Positions 23,016-36,868 of a stretch of 64,000 nt of DNA are shown in pieces (position 1 is the first letter of the stretch; every line of letters starts with the position of its first letter). A model generated the notes under the pieces. It was not told the DNA's origin. It ran no database searches and saw only the letters and a list, made by a program, of their open reading frames with translations. A program made the position numbers and the translations under genes. The stretch spans positions 3,348,001 to 3,412,000 of the forward strand of contig OZ374557.1 of assembly GCA_977862235.1 (NCBI GenBank). The letters are read 5' to 3'. Origin of the DNA: Dudresnaya verticillata (taxonomy: Eukaryota).

Positions 23016-23897
23016 TGTCGTGCAAACGTCGTATCGAAGACGGAGAACGCCTCCGGGCCGTTCGGGAGCCCGGTGGGTAGCCGCTAGTAGCGAACTGGGT
23101 AGAGCGGGTAGAACACGCCTAGGGCGGACTGTAAACACCCAGGGCGAGCGGACGAGGGGGCAAAGAAACCCAAAAGGAAACACGTTAGCAACGAGTAGGA
23201 ACGTGGAAACACGGATGGGTAGACGCTTATGCTTCCGGGCAGCGGTAGGGTGCGCGCTGTCGCGGAGGGGAAGTCTAGACTCAAACCGGCTTGCCGGGGC
23301 TTTACTGGTACGGCCTAGACGAGGTACCTAAGTAACACTATGGGGCCGCGGCGCGACGGCTGCATGACGTGGTGCGCGGGAACCCGGGACGCGTGTCGTC
23401 CCGAGGTACGTCTGACAATTGCTGTCGCCGTGCAGCCGCGTTGCTGACAAGCCCACTCGCCGCAGTCGTGCGCGTCCCCCACGTTGTTGCACGTGTGCGT
23501 AGGCGTTCGAACCGCACATAGGCGCGTAGTGTGATGTTGGATCTGGATACGCGATCCGGATCCTTGCCTGCCGCCTGCCTTACACCGTAGAAACTCTCAT
23601 AGCTTTACACCCCCCTGCTCCCGCGCGCTGGCCTTCCTTACAGCGCGCGACACGTGTTTGTCCAGCACACACGTGTGCCGGTGAGGCCGATCGCGATCCA
23701 TCGATCGTGCTCGGTCTGATGCACGTGGCCCCACTGTGCCCGCGCGCCAGTCAGGGTTGGCGGTTACAGTACGTGGGGCGGTGTGTTCGGGCGTCACTTG
23801 CCGCAAACGGGGTCAACACGCCGTTGGCGACGGTGGCCCGTCATAGACGGTATACACGCTCAAAGCGACTGTGCAGTCAGTGGCTCAATGCACCACA
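23016..23897 (-). repeat. 3' LTR, family F
   Basis: Direct repeat of 34874-35756; adjacent to PPT. Confidence 0.96.
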
Positions 23898-24279
23898 CCA
23901 CCCCCTTCTTAGACGCGAACACGCCTTCGGCTAGCCGCTCCTTATTGTTGACCGCCAACCGCTCACAGCGTTGCATCGTTCGACTGCCGTGCTTGCGTCG
24001 GGCCGTTTCTCACTCGCGTTTGGCGCACTGTATCCGCCGAGGGCGACCATCATCAACCTGTTTCGCCGCCACTGCCGGCAAAAGGCAAAAACCCCCGTCG
24101 GCGACGTTGTTCGGCGGAGAGCTGCCTCGCCTGAAGCGTGTCAATCGCGTGCGAAGTGCGCCGAACGTCCTAGACGTGAGCATCGAGTCCTCGTCGCTGA
24201 CGTGTGGTTGTGATCGTCTACGACGGTTGTGTTGACATCGCCCGTGGCGTGTGTGGAGTGTTACCGTCACTTTGACGTC

Positions 24280-26373
24280 ATGCCGCAGTACGATGGGGCG
24301 CGAGTCGCGCCCCCTTCGTCGATACCGGTGTACCCGTCTTTGTACGACTTTGTCGGAAAGAACCCCCGCGATCACGCGTACCTTTTCGCCCGAGCGCCTT
24401 GGTTCGATCCGGCCGCGCTTGGCAATGAGGCGCTCATCACTCACTACGCCATTGGCGGTATGCTACCAGGGGAACTCCCCCTGGCCGTCGTCTATTCCGC
24501 AGAGTGGAAGACCCGTTGCGCAATCCCCAAAACGTGGGTACGGGTGCACCCCGGCCAGTCGCTCGATGATGCGTATGCGCGATTCGTCTCCGACGTGCAT
24601 GGCCGCTTCTTGCGCTTCCCGGGGACCGACCTGGTCCCCCTATCGTTGGAATTGGACGCGGCCCATTTCCAAACGTACGGCGAGGCCGCTTATGGCTATC
24701 GAATCGCGGAGCTTCCGTTGACTCATATTCCTCCGTCTCTGGACGCACGCGTCCGAGACGATACTTTGGTGATGGGCGTACGCTTGCGAGCGGAGTTCCG
24801 TTACTTGCGTTGGGCCGGTACCTTCTATTGGGAAAGGTGCGTTCGGTGGGAGTGTGAGTCCCGGCGCCGCAAAGGTGTTCTGGTGCCGTACCAATACACA
24901 CAAATCGATCGCTTAGAGCGGGCCAAAGCACCGAATTGTTTCGTCAAACTGCCGCCGCAGTGGCGTGAGGTCGAGGTCTGCGAGAGCTTTGCTGTCGAGT
25001 TGCCTCCCGTCGTGACGTACTTGGGTTCGGAGCTCATGATAAACGCGTATTCGCGGTGGTGGGTCGTGTTCTACACGGAGTGGGCAGCCAACATCGCCTA
25101 CGCGTGGCTCTGGGAGGTGTATGATACCTTTCGGCTGTACCACCTCCCGCCGCGTGTTACTGCGTTCTTCAACGATTTGGATCTGACCGAGACACTCGGC
25201 GGGCAACGGAATCTCCGGGAGTTCTGGGACCTACGCCATGTGGCGGATGAGGTCGACTGGAACAACCCAGCCGTCGTTCCGTTGAGAAATAACCGCCGTA
25301 AGGCGAATCGTCCGCGCTTCGTGATGAGTAGGAACCACAACGCCTGCGGCGATTGGGTCTGGTATAATCCGTGGACCAAACGCCGCACGACGGAGAATAT
25401 CGCAGAACGCCACCGCAAGACGGACCGGTACGTCCCGACGGATTATCTCCGCGGCGCTTTGCCGAGTTGCGACGCTGACGGTGACGTTCCGCCGCACTTG
25501 AGCGCGCTTCTGGCCGAGGAAGATGCTCTTCACGCCTCGGGCGAACTTGCGAACACGTCTGGGACGGGCGTCGCGACCCCTATGACGGTTGACCCGGTGG
25601 CTGTTCCCGCTGAATCGCCCGTGGCGTCGGTTTCCTTGGCACCGCCTGGGCCCGTAGCCACGTCCGCGACGGTTGTTCCCATTCCTGAGGACACTCACGT
25701 CGCTGACGCCGATGGTGATGCCATTATGGCCGGTCCCGTACAAGCGCCGCCGGCGCCTCAGGCAACGATGGTATCGCAACTTCACGTCGGTGATGGGGCA
25801 GCGCCGTCCGCGGCCATGCCGGCCTAGACCTCCGCGCAGCGTGAAGTCGTTCTTTCGCTATTGCGCGCCGCTGGCATGGAGCCTCAGGACTCGAGCGGTT
25901 CGCCGTCAGACTGGTGGGCTCGCTGTTTAGCGACACTGCCGACTGCGGTGGGGGCGGGTGTGCAGACGTTATCGGCTTCTCCGGGTCTGTCGCTTTCCGG
26001 TGCTACCGCAGAGGAAACTCCGTCTGCGACGATCCCTCAACGCAGCGGGTCGCCGACGGCGAAGATAACTCCCATTGCGTCGGTGACGTCGGGCGCGCCC
26101 ATAGCGCCCACGGCGATTATTGCACAAGGAACGCCGGTGGCGGTTGCAGTGGCACAGGCGCCCGGGGCGATGGGGACAGACGGACCGATAGCGCCTAAGG
26201 CGGTTGCCTTGCGTTCGTCGCCGGTGGCGGCTAAGGGTGCGCTACTGCCGAAGTCGGCTGCGACTTCGTCGACGCCGAAGGCGGTTGAGGAGTCTGGCTC
26301 TCCGCTTCGGGCGTCCGTGATGGGGGCAACAGGGGCAGCTGCGGTGGCTGGGCCTTCGCGGCTCGTCCCGTAG
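24280..26373 (+). CDS. Antisense accessory ORF of family F (open to 25827; in-frame A/P-rich tail after one stop)
   Basis: ORF 24229..25827 is Trp-rich; LPPVVTYLGSEL...WWVVFYTEWA...LYHLPPRV aligns by eye with the family A domain. Confidence 0.8.
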
Positions 26374-27492
26374 CCGGCCGACCCGGCCCCAACGTCTCCG
26401 ACGAATGATGATGAGGGCTATGAGGCGGCGTTGCGCGAGTCGGCCGAGGACGGCGCTCCAGACAGGCCAGCGACGCCGCCAACGGTGGGGGAAGATTGAT
26501 ATCCCTCCTCCCTCAGTGTGGATGGGCGCGCGGGTGCGCTACGCGAGTCCGGTGGCCTTCCATAGGGAGTTCCCTGGGCGGGGAGAGTTAGGCGTCTTCG
26601 GACGGGTAGCAACATCGTCGTAGCGACGTGATTACGGTGGGCTGAGCAAGCGTCGACTTGACGTATGTACCCAGTAAACGTCGTCCGTTACTACCGTAGC
26701 TGCTCCACGAGCGCCATAATTTCGTTACCTTAACCGCTCGTGAGGTGACGGTGACCCGTCGATGACGCGAATAGAGTAGCGCGAACATCGGCGTGGGCTC
26801 CCCTTGGCGTTTAGCTGATCATCACGGGGGTCGTGCTCCCCTCCCTTTTGTTTTTTAATAGAGTCCCCGTCGTCTTTGTCGTAGGGATCCCGCGCGATTA
26901 GCACACCGTCGCGACGTTGTCGGAGAAGCCTCTTACCGGTCTGGGCGTCACTCGCCAGGGTCGCCGCTGGCAGCGATAGGGGTTGCCCAATTCCTTGGAG
27001 CCGCGTAACGCGTCGTGCACGCAATTCGTGATCGTGCCTACGGTGAACCTCGTCGCTGACGTCATCCCCAGATTCCCTTGGTCGTGGTTGTGCGGTCCCT
27101 TCGCGACGTGGTCGTTGGCTTGTCCTAGAGGGGCAGGCGTTGAGGTGGGATACGAAGCGCGATTGTCGGTCGTTCCCCCTTGGTGACGATAGTCTGTACG
27201 AGAGGCCGTTCGGGACGGTGTCGCCTTCCCTATACGGCTCCGTAGGCACCGCACCATAGTCGCGTACGGTGAGCCACTTGGCAGTACGGGGAGCTCTGCC
27301 TGCTGGTGGCGGAGTGGATTGTGTTTGGCGCCGTGCGTGCCCAGTACCGCGGTAGGTTCGAGTGGCGTGAGCGGTGTCAGCCACCTTGGCTGACAGTTGC
27401 GCCATAGGGTGCACCTATGAGGACCCATCCCGCGTGTGCTTCCGCCTTGGGCGTTTTGGGGCGCAAGCCCTTTCGTGGTCGGTCGTGACGTT

Positions 27493-30400
27493 TTACCCTA
27501 AACAAGCGTCGTCGATATTCGGTGGAGGGTCCGTTCGCTTTTGGCGGTGGTACCGCACGATATGCGAACGGGGCAGGTTCGACACCGGTTCCCACGTGTT
27601 CGCTGTGGCGGCGTATCCGAACCATTTCACGAAGTAGAGGATCTCTCCGTCATCTGCGAACGCGTGCTTCTCGATCCGATCGATGACGTACTCTCCTTCG
27701 CTGCCAGCGACTGGTTGCTTACGTTTCGCCTTGAGCGGGTCCTTCGGCTGCTTTGGTCCTTCGCCGTGGGCGCCCAACAGTCCTGCGAAGCGTACTTGAC
27801 GCAAAGATCGCCGTGGGCGAGCAGCGTCCCGTATAGCCGAGCGTACGCCTTCGGTGGGAGATGCGCTCGCTTCTGGCGTTTGCGCTGTCGACATGGTCGG
27901 GTTTTGCCCTTCGCTCCTTAGCGTAGCCTTGGTTACGTCGGTGGCGCTCTTAGTCGGCCCGACCGGCGGCGTATCCGGGGTATGCCTGGCGACGCCGAGT
28001 CGGGTGCGAACGCCTTGCGGTTGGTCGTCGTCTGAGACGGACTGCGATGACTCACTACCGGGCCCAGCCGCGAACGGAGCTAACTCGGCCAAGCCGCGAA
28101 CGGACGCCTGTGGCGAACGGTCGCCATGCATCTGTTGATCATTCCCATCCGGGGATGTCGTTGCAGCAGCGTTCGTCTCGTCGTTGACGACTCCTCGGTT
28201 TGGTGGCGCCCCATTAGACGGTGGACCCGCAGTCGTGGGGGTGTTGATTGCGACGTGACCCGGAGGAGTCGGCGCCCAAACCACGCGGTCCCTTGACAAG
28301 CGTTCGCGTTCGTTACGTCCTTTGTCGACGGTAATCGTACCGTCTTCGACGCTGATCACTCGGTAGGGCCCATCCGCCACTGGTGCCAACTTGTGATTGC
28401 GCTCCGCTTGATCCCTCGAGCTGCCTCTGGCGAAATACTCCTTACGTACAAATACGAAGTCTCCTGCGACAATCTTCTCGGCACACTTCCGTAGTCGGGC
28501 GTCGAAGTTTCGCTTATAGCGGGTTTGCGTTTGCGCCAAGGTCGCTGTTGCGGTACTCATCAATGCGGTCAGCCATGCCCTCCACTTCGTGTAGTATTGG
28601 CCGCCGGTGGGGACGCTTTCCAGCGACGGCTCCGCTTGGAGCGACAATGGGAGTGGGAGTCGGGAGAGTACCAGCTCGAACGGCGATAACTGTGTGGACG
28701 AGTGGATCTGCGTGTTATAACCGAAAGTCAACGCATCCGTGAACATATCCCAGTCGCGAGGGTGGTGTGCCATGTAGTGACGCAATGATGCGAGTATCGT
28801 CCGGTTAAACCGTTCCATCTGTCCATTACACTGGGGGTGATACGTCGTGGTGAAGAGATTCTCGACACCCAGTAGGCGACAGACGTCCTGGAATAGTTTG
28901 GCGACAAACTGTGGCCCATTATCTGATAGTAAGCGCTTCGGCGGACCATACACGAATACCCAATGTCGCACGAACGCTTTTGAGATTTCCAGAGCCGTAA
29001 CTGTACGCAAGGGTACCGTCCTGACCAGCTTCGAAAAGCGGTCGACGATTACAAGGAGAAACGTATTCCGCCTTTTGGTACATATGAGTTCTCCGAGTAT
29101 ATCGACACAGTCGAACTCAAGCGGCTCGGTAGCCGGGAACAACTTCATCGCCTTCACGTTCTTTCGTAACAGGACGCGGTTCTTCGCGCAGGTAACGCAA
29201 TTTCGAACCATTGCGTAACAATCTACCGTCATGGACGGCCAATAGAATTCGCGTCGGAGCGTCTGGTACAACTTCCTTCCTCCGGGGTGTGCCGCTAATT
29301 TAGCGTAATGCCTCAGGTGCAGGAGGCGTGCGCGTAACGCGAATGGTATAACGACTTGCGACCGGGCCTCCACGGTTCGTATGAGTCGCCCTTGTTCGCC
29401 CATCGCGAATGGTATCGACTTTCCGTCATCGAGACGCTTCCGAATTCCAGTACAGTACTCGTCGTTGGCTTGGGCATGGATCAGTTCTTCGTGCGTCACC
29501 TGACGTAGGAGCACCTCCTCCGGTGAAGGCGCGTTGGCAACGAGCAGCCGGTCGAATTCTTCGAACTCCCTTTCCACGAAGTCGACTTCGCCCTCGGTGC
29601 TGGTCACACCGTCGGTTGACGTCTGATGTTCGTCCTCGACGTGTTCCCCATGGTAGCACGGAACATCGTCGTCGATCGGTTCAACCGTCTCGCCATTCGT
29701 CTGTAGTCGTGACAGGGCGTCAGCCTGGGTATTCAAGTAACCATTCTTGTACTTAACGACGAAGTCGAAATCCGAAAGACGCAGTCGCCAGCTCATCAAA
29801 CGTCCCGAGGGGTCACTGATTTCCATCAGCCACCTCAGAGACGAGTGGTCCGTATGTACGGTGAACGACTCCATCTGGAGATACGGACGCAACGTTGTAA
29901 CGGACCACACTACTGCCAAGCACTCCTTCTCGGAGACGGAATAATTACGCTCTGGAGCGGTGAGTGAACGCGACCAGAAACCGAGCGGCTTCCGCTCCCC
30001 ATTGGGTTGCGTCTGGAAGAGAGCGCATCCGACTTGATATTCGCTGGCGTCACAATCGACGGAGTATTGTAAGCCTGGCTGTGGTAGCGCCAATACCGGC
30101 GGACTGGTTACGGCCTTGACGAGAGTGTCGAACGCGGGCGCTTTCCCTTCGTCAAAGGACGGTAGTGTGAACTCTTGCTCCTTTCGGAGCAACGTATTGA
30201 GGGGCGCAGCGACATGCGCGTAACGCGACACAAATCGTCTATAGACGTTGCACAACCCGAGGAAGCTGCGTAGCTCCTTCTGGTCCCGCGGGTGCTTGGC
30301 TTCGCGTAATGCGGCGGTCACCGTTCGGTCGACTTCCAATCTTCCTGGACGTATCACGTGTCCCAAGTAATTGACAGTCGGGGTGAAGAAGTCACACCTG

Positions 30401-32133
30401 GCCAGCTTCAAAGTGACCCCGGCTCGGTGGAGGGTTGACAGAATCTCGTCGACATGACGGAAATGCGTGTCCACGTCCTTGGAAAAGATAATAACGTCGT
30501 CCAAGTAGACGAGGCACGAACGCCACTTATACCCGGCGAGTAATATGTCGAGAGTCCGTTGAAACGTGGCCGGGGCGTTGGTCAACCCGAAAGGCATACT
30601 CTTATAGCGGAAGAGACCGGCGTGGCACGTGAATGCCGTCTTGTCGCGATCTCGCGGAGCAATTGGCACTTGCCAGTATCCGCTATTACAGTCTAGGGTA
30701 GTGAAGACATTAGCGTCCCCTAGACTGTCGATGCATTCGTCAATACGTGGTAACGGCTACGTATCCCGTATGCTTAGTGCGTTCAGTTGACGATAGTCTA
30801 CGCAAAAGCGGAGAGTGCCGTCCTTCTTTGGGGCGAAGACGACTGGCGACGCCCACGGCGATTGTGCGGGTTCGATAACCCCTTGACACAACATGCGGTC
30901 GACCTCCGCTTGAGCGAGCTGTCGTTGTTTCGGGCCAGCGCGATACGGCAGTGAAGAGATCGGGCGGGAGCCGGGGAGTAAGTCGATGTAATGCTCCGTG
31001 GTCGCTATTTCTCCTAGTGAGCCGTCCCACATTGATGAATAGCGGCGCAGCATCTCCTTCAACCGGCCTTGATGCTCGGCGGACAGATGACTCAAGTCCA
31101 AATCGTCGACTGACGGAGGCTTGGCGAGCGTCGCTTCGATAGACTTAGCGAAATTGTCCGGCTTTGTCGTGACGCCATCGTTCGTTTCAAAACGAAAGTC
31201 TTGCTTGGCTTCCTCATCCTGCGCTTGGTCTTCGGCGATACCCAATACATCGGCCAGACGTATGTGACTGGGGAACACTACTGTTGGATGTGGTAACGCC
31301 ATGGCAACGACCTGCCCCTTCGCGAGCGCTTGCGCCCGAGGCGAGAAGTTGGCGACTAGGATGCGGAACGTTTTGAGCGGCTCCACCTGGGCAATCTAGT
31401 TAGTAACGAGCATGCCTTGCCGATCATACATCGTTCCGAACGGCTGTATCGTCATCACTCCGGAACGCTCCGTGGTAACAGAGACCCACTTCTGCGCTTG
31501 AGGCGGGATGATGGTACGTTCGGTTGAACGAATCTGGGGCGAAGTCCTCCCTCCGGCTTGGCCGTACTCTTGCTCCGGTGGTAACGGCGGGTACGACGGC
31601 GGTCGACGAAGCGGGCGGCGTGTGATCGGGACTCGGGTCCCGTCGTCCAATTCAACCTCGCGACTTCGCGGATATATCGCTTCAACAAAGCGGTCGCAAA
31701 AGTCGCAACCGAGTATGACCGGCGCAGCGAGCCGTTCACATACGATTAATTCCAATTTAACGACCCGTCGTCCGAGACGTAGGACCAAGTCGATGGTTCC
31801 GCGCGTCTGTATTGCCTTATTGTTGGCGTCGGAGATAACGGGCAGGCTCTTGGCGACAATATGCGAACGCGCTTCGAGCGGGATCTCGTTAATACGGATG
31901 AAGTTAGGACCGGCCCCGGTGTCGAGGACAGTAAGTTTACGGGCCAAGGTATTGGTGGTGGTGCCAAGGTCGGCGTACACCTTGTAATTTCGCTTAGCCA
32001 TTACGAACAACTGTCCTCGCCCCTTCGGGGGCTGGTACCTACGCCATGGGCGTTTCAGCGACGTCTGCGACGGTTCTATTCGCCCTTCGGCGTCTTCCTT
32101 AAGGGATTTCGGGCCCTCCTTCCGTGTCAACAC
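27493..32133 (-). pseudogene. pol: pol: protease, RT, RNase H, integrase, chromodomain; two in-frame stops
   Basis: LDTGAG; YLDD; VDCDAS; HHCC and DDE; GPY; YVIDRIEKH...VKWFGY; stops at 31396 and 30757. Confidence 0.96.
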
Positions 32134-32191
32134 CCGAGGCGGGGGCCTCTCGTTGGGTGTGACACCCCAGTGTCAGGAGTCGGTGCCCGGA

Positions 32192-34747
32192 TTAGTTTTT
32201 CGCCTCCGGCGGTGGTTGCGCTATGTAGCGGTTTAGCATCGTCTGATGGCGTTCGGCTGCGCGCGGTGCAAGTCCCGCCCTTGGCGATGGTGAACGCGCG
32301 GCGCGACGGGCTGCTTCCTTCGTGGCTTGTTCCTTACAACGGTGGTACGCATCGGCGGGTACTCCGTTCCTCTCGGTCTCCGTCAGGCCCTCGTAGTTGG
32401 CGACGACCTTCATGAAGTCACTCATTCGCAAGAAGCATTCCGGCGCAATGTGGCCGCGCGCATAGCACTGATGGCAAATAAGTTGTCGCCGTACGTCTTG
32501 ACGAGGAGGTCCTCGGTCCTGCCATCCGGGCCTTGCGCGGTGAACATGCGGGGCGTATTCTGAATATGGTACGCGCGGCGCGGGTACGTTCGAGCGCCCA
32601 AAGGCGAGGGCGGGGTCCATTTCTTCTTCGTCTCCGACGTAACTGTCCGTCGGCAATGCCGACGTTGGTATCGAGAGTTGTTCGTCGGCTAGGTACAAGT
32701 CTCCCTCGGCGTGCGTTTCGACATCATCGTCGCGGTGGCTAACGTCTCGGAATTCGACGGATGACTCCGCCAGCATGGCGCGTGCCGCCGGCTTTGGACT
32801 CTTCGTCGGTTGACGGTTGACTTCGACAGCGGGTCGTGCGTCGCGGGCGAGTTGTGTCGGCACCAATATATCCTGGCGACCCGAAGTCTGCCCGGCCCTG
32901 CCGTGTCGCGCGCGATGCGCGTCGCCCTCGTCTTGTGCGAAGTGCACCAATCGTTCGAACGATAACTCCGCCCTTGGCGTCTCTTCGCGGAAGCGGGCAA
33001 CCAGCGATCGTATCGACGGATCAAGACCGTCGATGAATAGGGTCATCTTCTCACAGTCAGGGTACACGTTACCGCAACGGATGCACTTTCCAGCGAGTCG
33101 CATGCCGTAGGCAGTTTCATCTTCGGACCGCTTCTGTGCTGTTGAGCGTAAAGTCAGTACGGCGGATCGAATCGCCGAAGGCGTTGCATACGTACGGAGG
33201 AGGTATTGTACCGCCTCCGGGTATGAGGAGACCCCGCCTTGATGGCGTGTTGACGTCGACTTGACGGACCGGAACTGCGTCGACGCTGTACCTCGTAAGA
33301 AGTATGGCAGCGCTATGAACGCTTGAGCTTCGCTCATTTCTAGAGTATCGGCCTCATCCGCGAAACGCGTAAGGAACTCGAGGATCAGGACCGGGTCGTC
33401 GCCCGTGAAGGCGGCGTCCTTCATCGTCAACTCTAGACGTTTGATGTGCTCCTTGACCTTCCCGGTTTCATGTCCGGAACGTTTTTGCCCTACGTTCGTC
33501 AGACGGTAAGTACGATACGAAAAGAGTCGATCGAATAGGGGGTTGGAGGGACGTAGCTCCTTCAATCCATTGAACCGTTTGCCGCGTGGCCTTACGGCCC
33601 CGCCGTGGGTTGGATACTCTTCGTCATCAGTTGAAGTACCTGACGATTCTCCGTCACTCGACGAGTCGGAGGAAGATGAGGACTCTCCGTGACGTCGTCG
33701 ACGGTTCTTCTTTCGCTCATGGCGTTTCTTTCGCTGGTCGCGATGCTTGCGACCTTTTCGGCGACGATCTTCGTCGTCGCTTTCGTCCTCAGATGATGGT
33801 GGTTGTCTTTGACGCAACTTAGCGAATTCCAATCGTTCCAAACGAGTCGCCAGGCGATTGAAACGCTCGCGCGAACTCAGTTCGGACTGCGAGTTGATCG
33901 TTACTGTAGCGGGTTGCTTGGCGTTGGTATCCGGGTTCGTCATCAGACGGTCAAGGTCATCTCGTAAGCCCTGTAGGGCTCCGTCTCGGCCCTCCTCTAG
34001 CGTCTGTAGACGACTGCAGATTCCGCCGACACTATTGTCGAGCATCTCCGCGAATCGCGCTAACAACGCATCGTCCTCAATGACGCAAACTTCTCGGATG
34101 CGGTCGCGTGGAATCGTGAGATTACCCACGCGAGCGGACGCAGGAGACGCTGCGGGCGAAGGTCGTGTTGGGCTCTGTCCCACCGGGCTTTGCCGCACCG
34201 GTGACGACTCTACGTTGCCTCGGTGACCAGACGGCTCTGCCGGAGAACATTCGGCACTGCCGTGGGGTGTGGGACAACAGTCCCTCGCAGGTGGGGAATC
34301 GTCCACGACGTCCAGAGGCTCTAAGCGGCTTCGATCGTCCTCGACGTTTCCGGTTGGTAGTTATTGTTGTGGCTGTGAAGCCGGGGTTGGTTGTTGTTGT
34401 TCCTCGGCAAGGCCGGCTTGTGTTCCGTCTACGACGCGTTGTTGCTCCGCCTGGACGGTGTCAGCGGAGTCAACGTAGGTGTGGTAGGTACGGAGGGCGG
34501 AGCCTTCCGGGACTGAAGTACGGACGACGATCGGATTCGGCGGGGGATCAGGTTGTCCCCTGTTCAGCGAAGCGTGTGACACGTCATGGTCCGGTGGTGC
34601 CGTAAAGGCTGAAGCAATCGCCGGGCTGACGTGACGACCAGATCGCGTCGTCATGGGTTGGGCCGGTCCCGACGGTGGCATTGTGCCGGGCGTCGAAGAC
34701 GGGCGTCGGGAGGATCCACGCGATAGCGGTGGTCGCGGTGGACCCAT
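32192..34747 (-). pseudogene. gag: gag with CCHC zinc knuckle; one in-frame stop at 34361
   Basis: CHQCYARGHIAPEC; starts ~105 nt after the PBS. Confidence 0.9.
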
Positions 34748-34853
34748 GATAGTTTCAAAGAGGTAGGCGAACGTCGTGAACGATGGGCAGAACGTCAGGG
34801 TGACGGTTAAGCGATCGTCTCACAGACGTTGAAGTTCGTAGATACGTAGCAGC

Positions 34854-34871
34854 TTCTAGGTCGGGAGACCA
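34854..34871 (-). promoter_or_regulatory. Primer-binding site (same 18-mer as family A)
   Basis: Reverse complement is TGGTCTCCCGACCTAGAA, 2 nt from the LTR. Confidence 0.88.
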
Positions 34872-34873
34872 GT

Positions 34874-35756
34874 TGTCGTGCAAACGTCGTATCGAAGACG
34901 GAGAACGCCTCCGGGCCGTTCGGGAGCCCGGTGGGTAGCCGCTAGTAGCGAACTGGGTAGAGCGGGTAGAACACGCCTAGGGCGGACTGTAAACACCCAG
35001 GGCGAGCGGACGAGGGGGCAAAGAAACCCAAAAGGAAACACGTTAGCAACGAGTAGGAACGTGGAAACACGGATGGGTAGACGCTTATGCTTCCGGGCAG
35101 CGGTAGGGTGCGCGCTGTCGCGGAGGGGAAGTCTAGACTCAAACCGGCTTGCCGGGGCTTTACTGGTACGGCCTAGACGAGGTACCTAAGTAACACTATG
35201 GGGCCGCGGCGCGACGGCTGCATGACGTGGTGCGCGGGAACCCGGGACGCGTGTCGTCCCGAGGTACGTCTGACAATTGCTGTCGCCGTGCAGCCGCGTT
35301 GCTGACAAGCCCACTCGCCGCAGTCGTGCGCGTTCCCCACGTTGTTACACGTGTGCGTAGGCGTGCGAACCGCACATAGGCGCGTAGTGTGATGGTGGAT
35401 CTGGATACGCGATCCGGATCCTTGCCTGCCGCCTGCCTTACACCGTAGAAACTCTCATAGCCTTACACCCCCCCTGCTCCCGCGCGCTGGCCTTCCTTAC
35501 AGCGCGCGACACGTGTTTGTCCAGCACACACGTGTGCCGGTGAGGCCGATCGCGATCCGTCGATCGTGCTCGGTCTGATGCACGTGGCCCCACTGTGCCC
35601 GCGCGCCCGTCAGGGTTGGCGGTTACAGTACGTGGGGCGGTGTGTTCGGGCGCCACTTGCCGCAAACGGGGTCAACACGCCGTTGGCGAAAGTGGCCCGT
35701 CATAGACGGCATACACGCTCAAAGCGACTGTACGGTCAGTGGCTCAATGCACCACA
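34874..35756 (-). repeat. 5' LTR, family F
   Basis: Direct repeat of 23016-23897; followed by TSD AGGCT. Confidence 0.96.
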
Positions 35757-36868
35757 AGGCTGGTTCAATTACCTTAGCGGAAAGCATGCGATCGATCTCT
35801 GTCTTTTCGAGATCTCGCTGCTTATGTCCGGCACGGTATGGGGCTTGATATACTGGCTTCGCTCCGGGAGTTAACTCGATGCGGTGCTTGGCAGCTGTAA
35901 TGTTGCCAAGATCGCCACTCCACATCGACTTATATTCCTCGAGTAGGGTTAAAATCCGTTTACGGAGCGATGCTTCTTCTGTGCCGATCTGGACTTGATC
36001 CTTCCAGTCGGTAGTATTTGTATTTTCCGTTACGGGTTTGCTTACTTCCTTGTCGTGAGGGGAGATGCTGCTGGCCTTTTCGGAGGTAGGGTTAGAATTA
36101 AATGATTGAGTAATTCCTCCCCCCTTAAATGGAGGTATACCGTCAACGGTAAAAATAGCAGAAGGGGCAGCAGTAGCAAGGCCCACAACAGTAGATTTGG
36201 GCAACCGTACCGGCTTGTTAGAAAAATTAGAGACCCAGATCCGAAACGGTTTGTTAGGTACAACATCCATAATACCATTAGCCATTAACGTAAGATGCTT
36301 AAAAGCCGGCTTAGGATGATTTTGTAGAAAGCATACCCCACCCGTGGGGTATTAACCGTTACGGAGGTTTGAGTCATAGGGGGAATAAGGGTAGATCTTG
36401 CTAAACGAATTTTCTGAGAAACCGTAGCGGTGGATAGAGATGAGGGCTGTAGGGTTGTGGCGTTATCCGTCTTCGGATTTTTGGCTTGACCAACAAATGA
36501 TACCGGTGGGTAATGATGAAAAACAACTTTCCGTAACGGAGGGAGGATTGCCTTCACGTAGCGGTCGATGAAGGTAGTTCCCAAAATACAGGGAGCCGCC
36601 AAGTTCGCGACCACTAGAAAATGGACGCGAGCACGGAGCTCTCCGATACGGACGAAAAGTTGGATCTGACCAAGAGGGTGTATAGCGCGATTAGACGCAT
36701 CCCGTAATGGAGGACTGGCTGCTGGGCGTATGAGTGGGAGCCATTGGCGCGGAAGGCGCCTGGCACTAATGAGATTGGGCCCAGCGCCAGAGTCCAAGAC
36801 GGAGATTAAAGGAAGCATCACGCTATCTGTCCGTCCCACGGTAATTTGCATCTTGTAAGATTCCACCA
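35757..36868 (-). pseudogene. pol: Aspartic protease and RT N-terminus of the interrupted family A element
   Basis: LDSGAGPNLI; HRIEL..PVYQAPYR..VIEPA rejoins 23015; frameshift near 36330. Confidence 0.9.

Larger units (their letters stand above)
23016..35756 (-). mobile_element. Full-length chromodomain-bearing Ty3/gypsy retrotransposon, family F (12.7 kb)
   Basis: Two ~882-bp LTRs, TSD AGGCT, PBS, PPT (23898-23910), gag, PR-RT-RH-INT-chromodomain; inserted in host RT at IEPA|SSEWASP. Confidence 0.97.
16302..36868 (-). mobile_element. 5'-truncated family A Ty3/gypsy element, interrupted by the family F element
   Basis: 3' LTR 16302-16976 and PPT, antisense ORF, INT-RH-RT (20013-23015), RT N-terminus and protease (35757-36868); no gag or 5' LTR. 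Confidence 0.9.

Noticed and set aside
32185..32205. Programmed -1 frameshift site G AAA AAC TAA at the end of gag
   Set aside because: The -1 frame hits a stop before the protease ORF in this copy, so it cannot be supported without an intact copy
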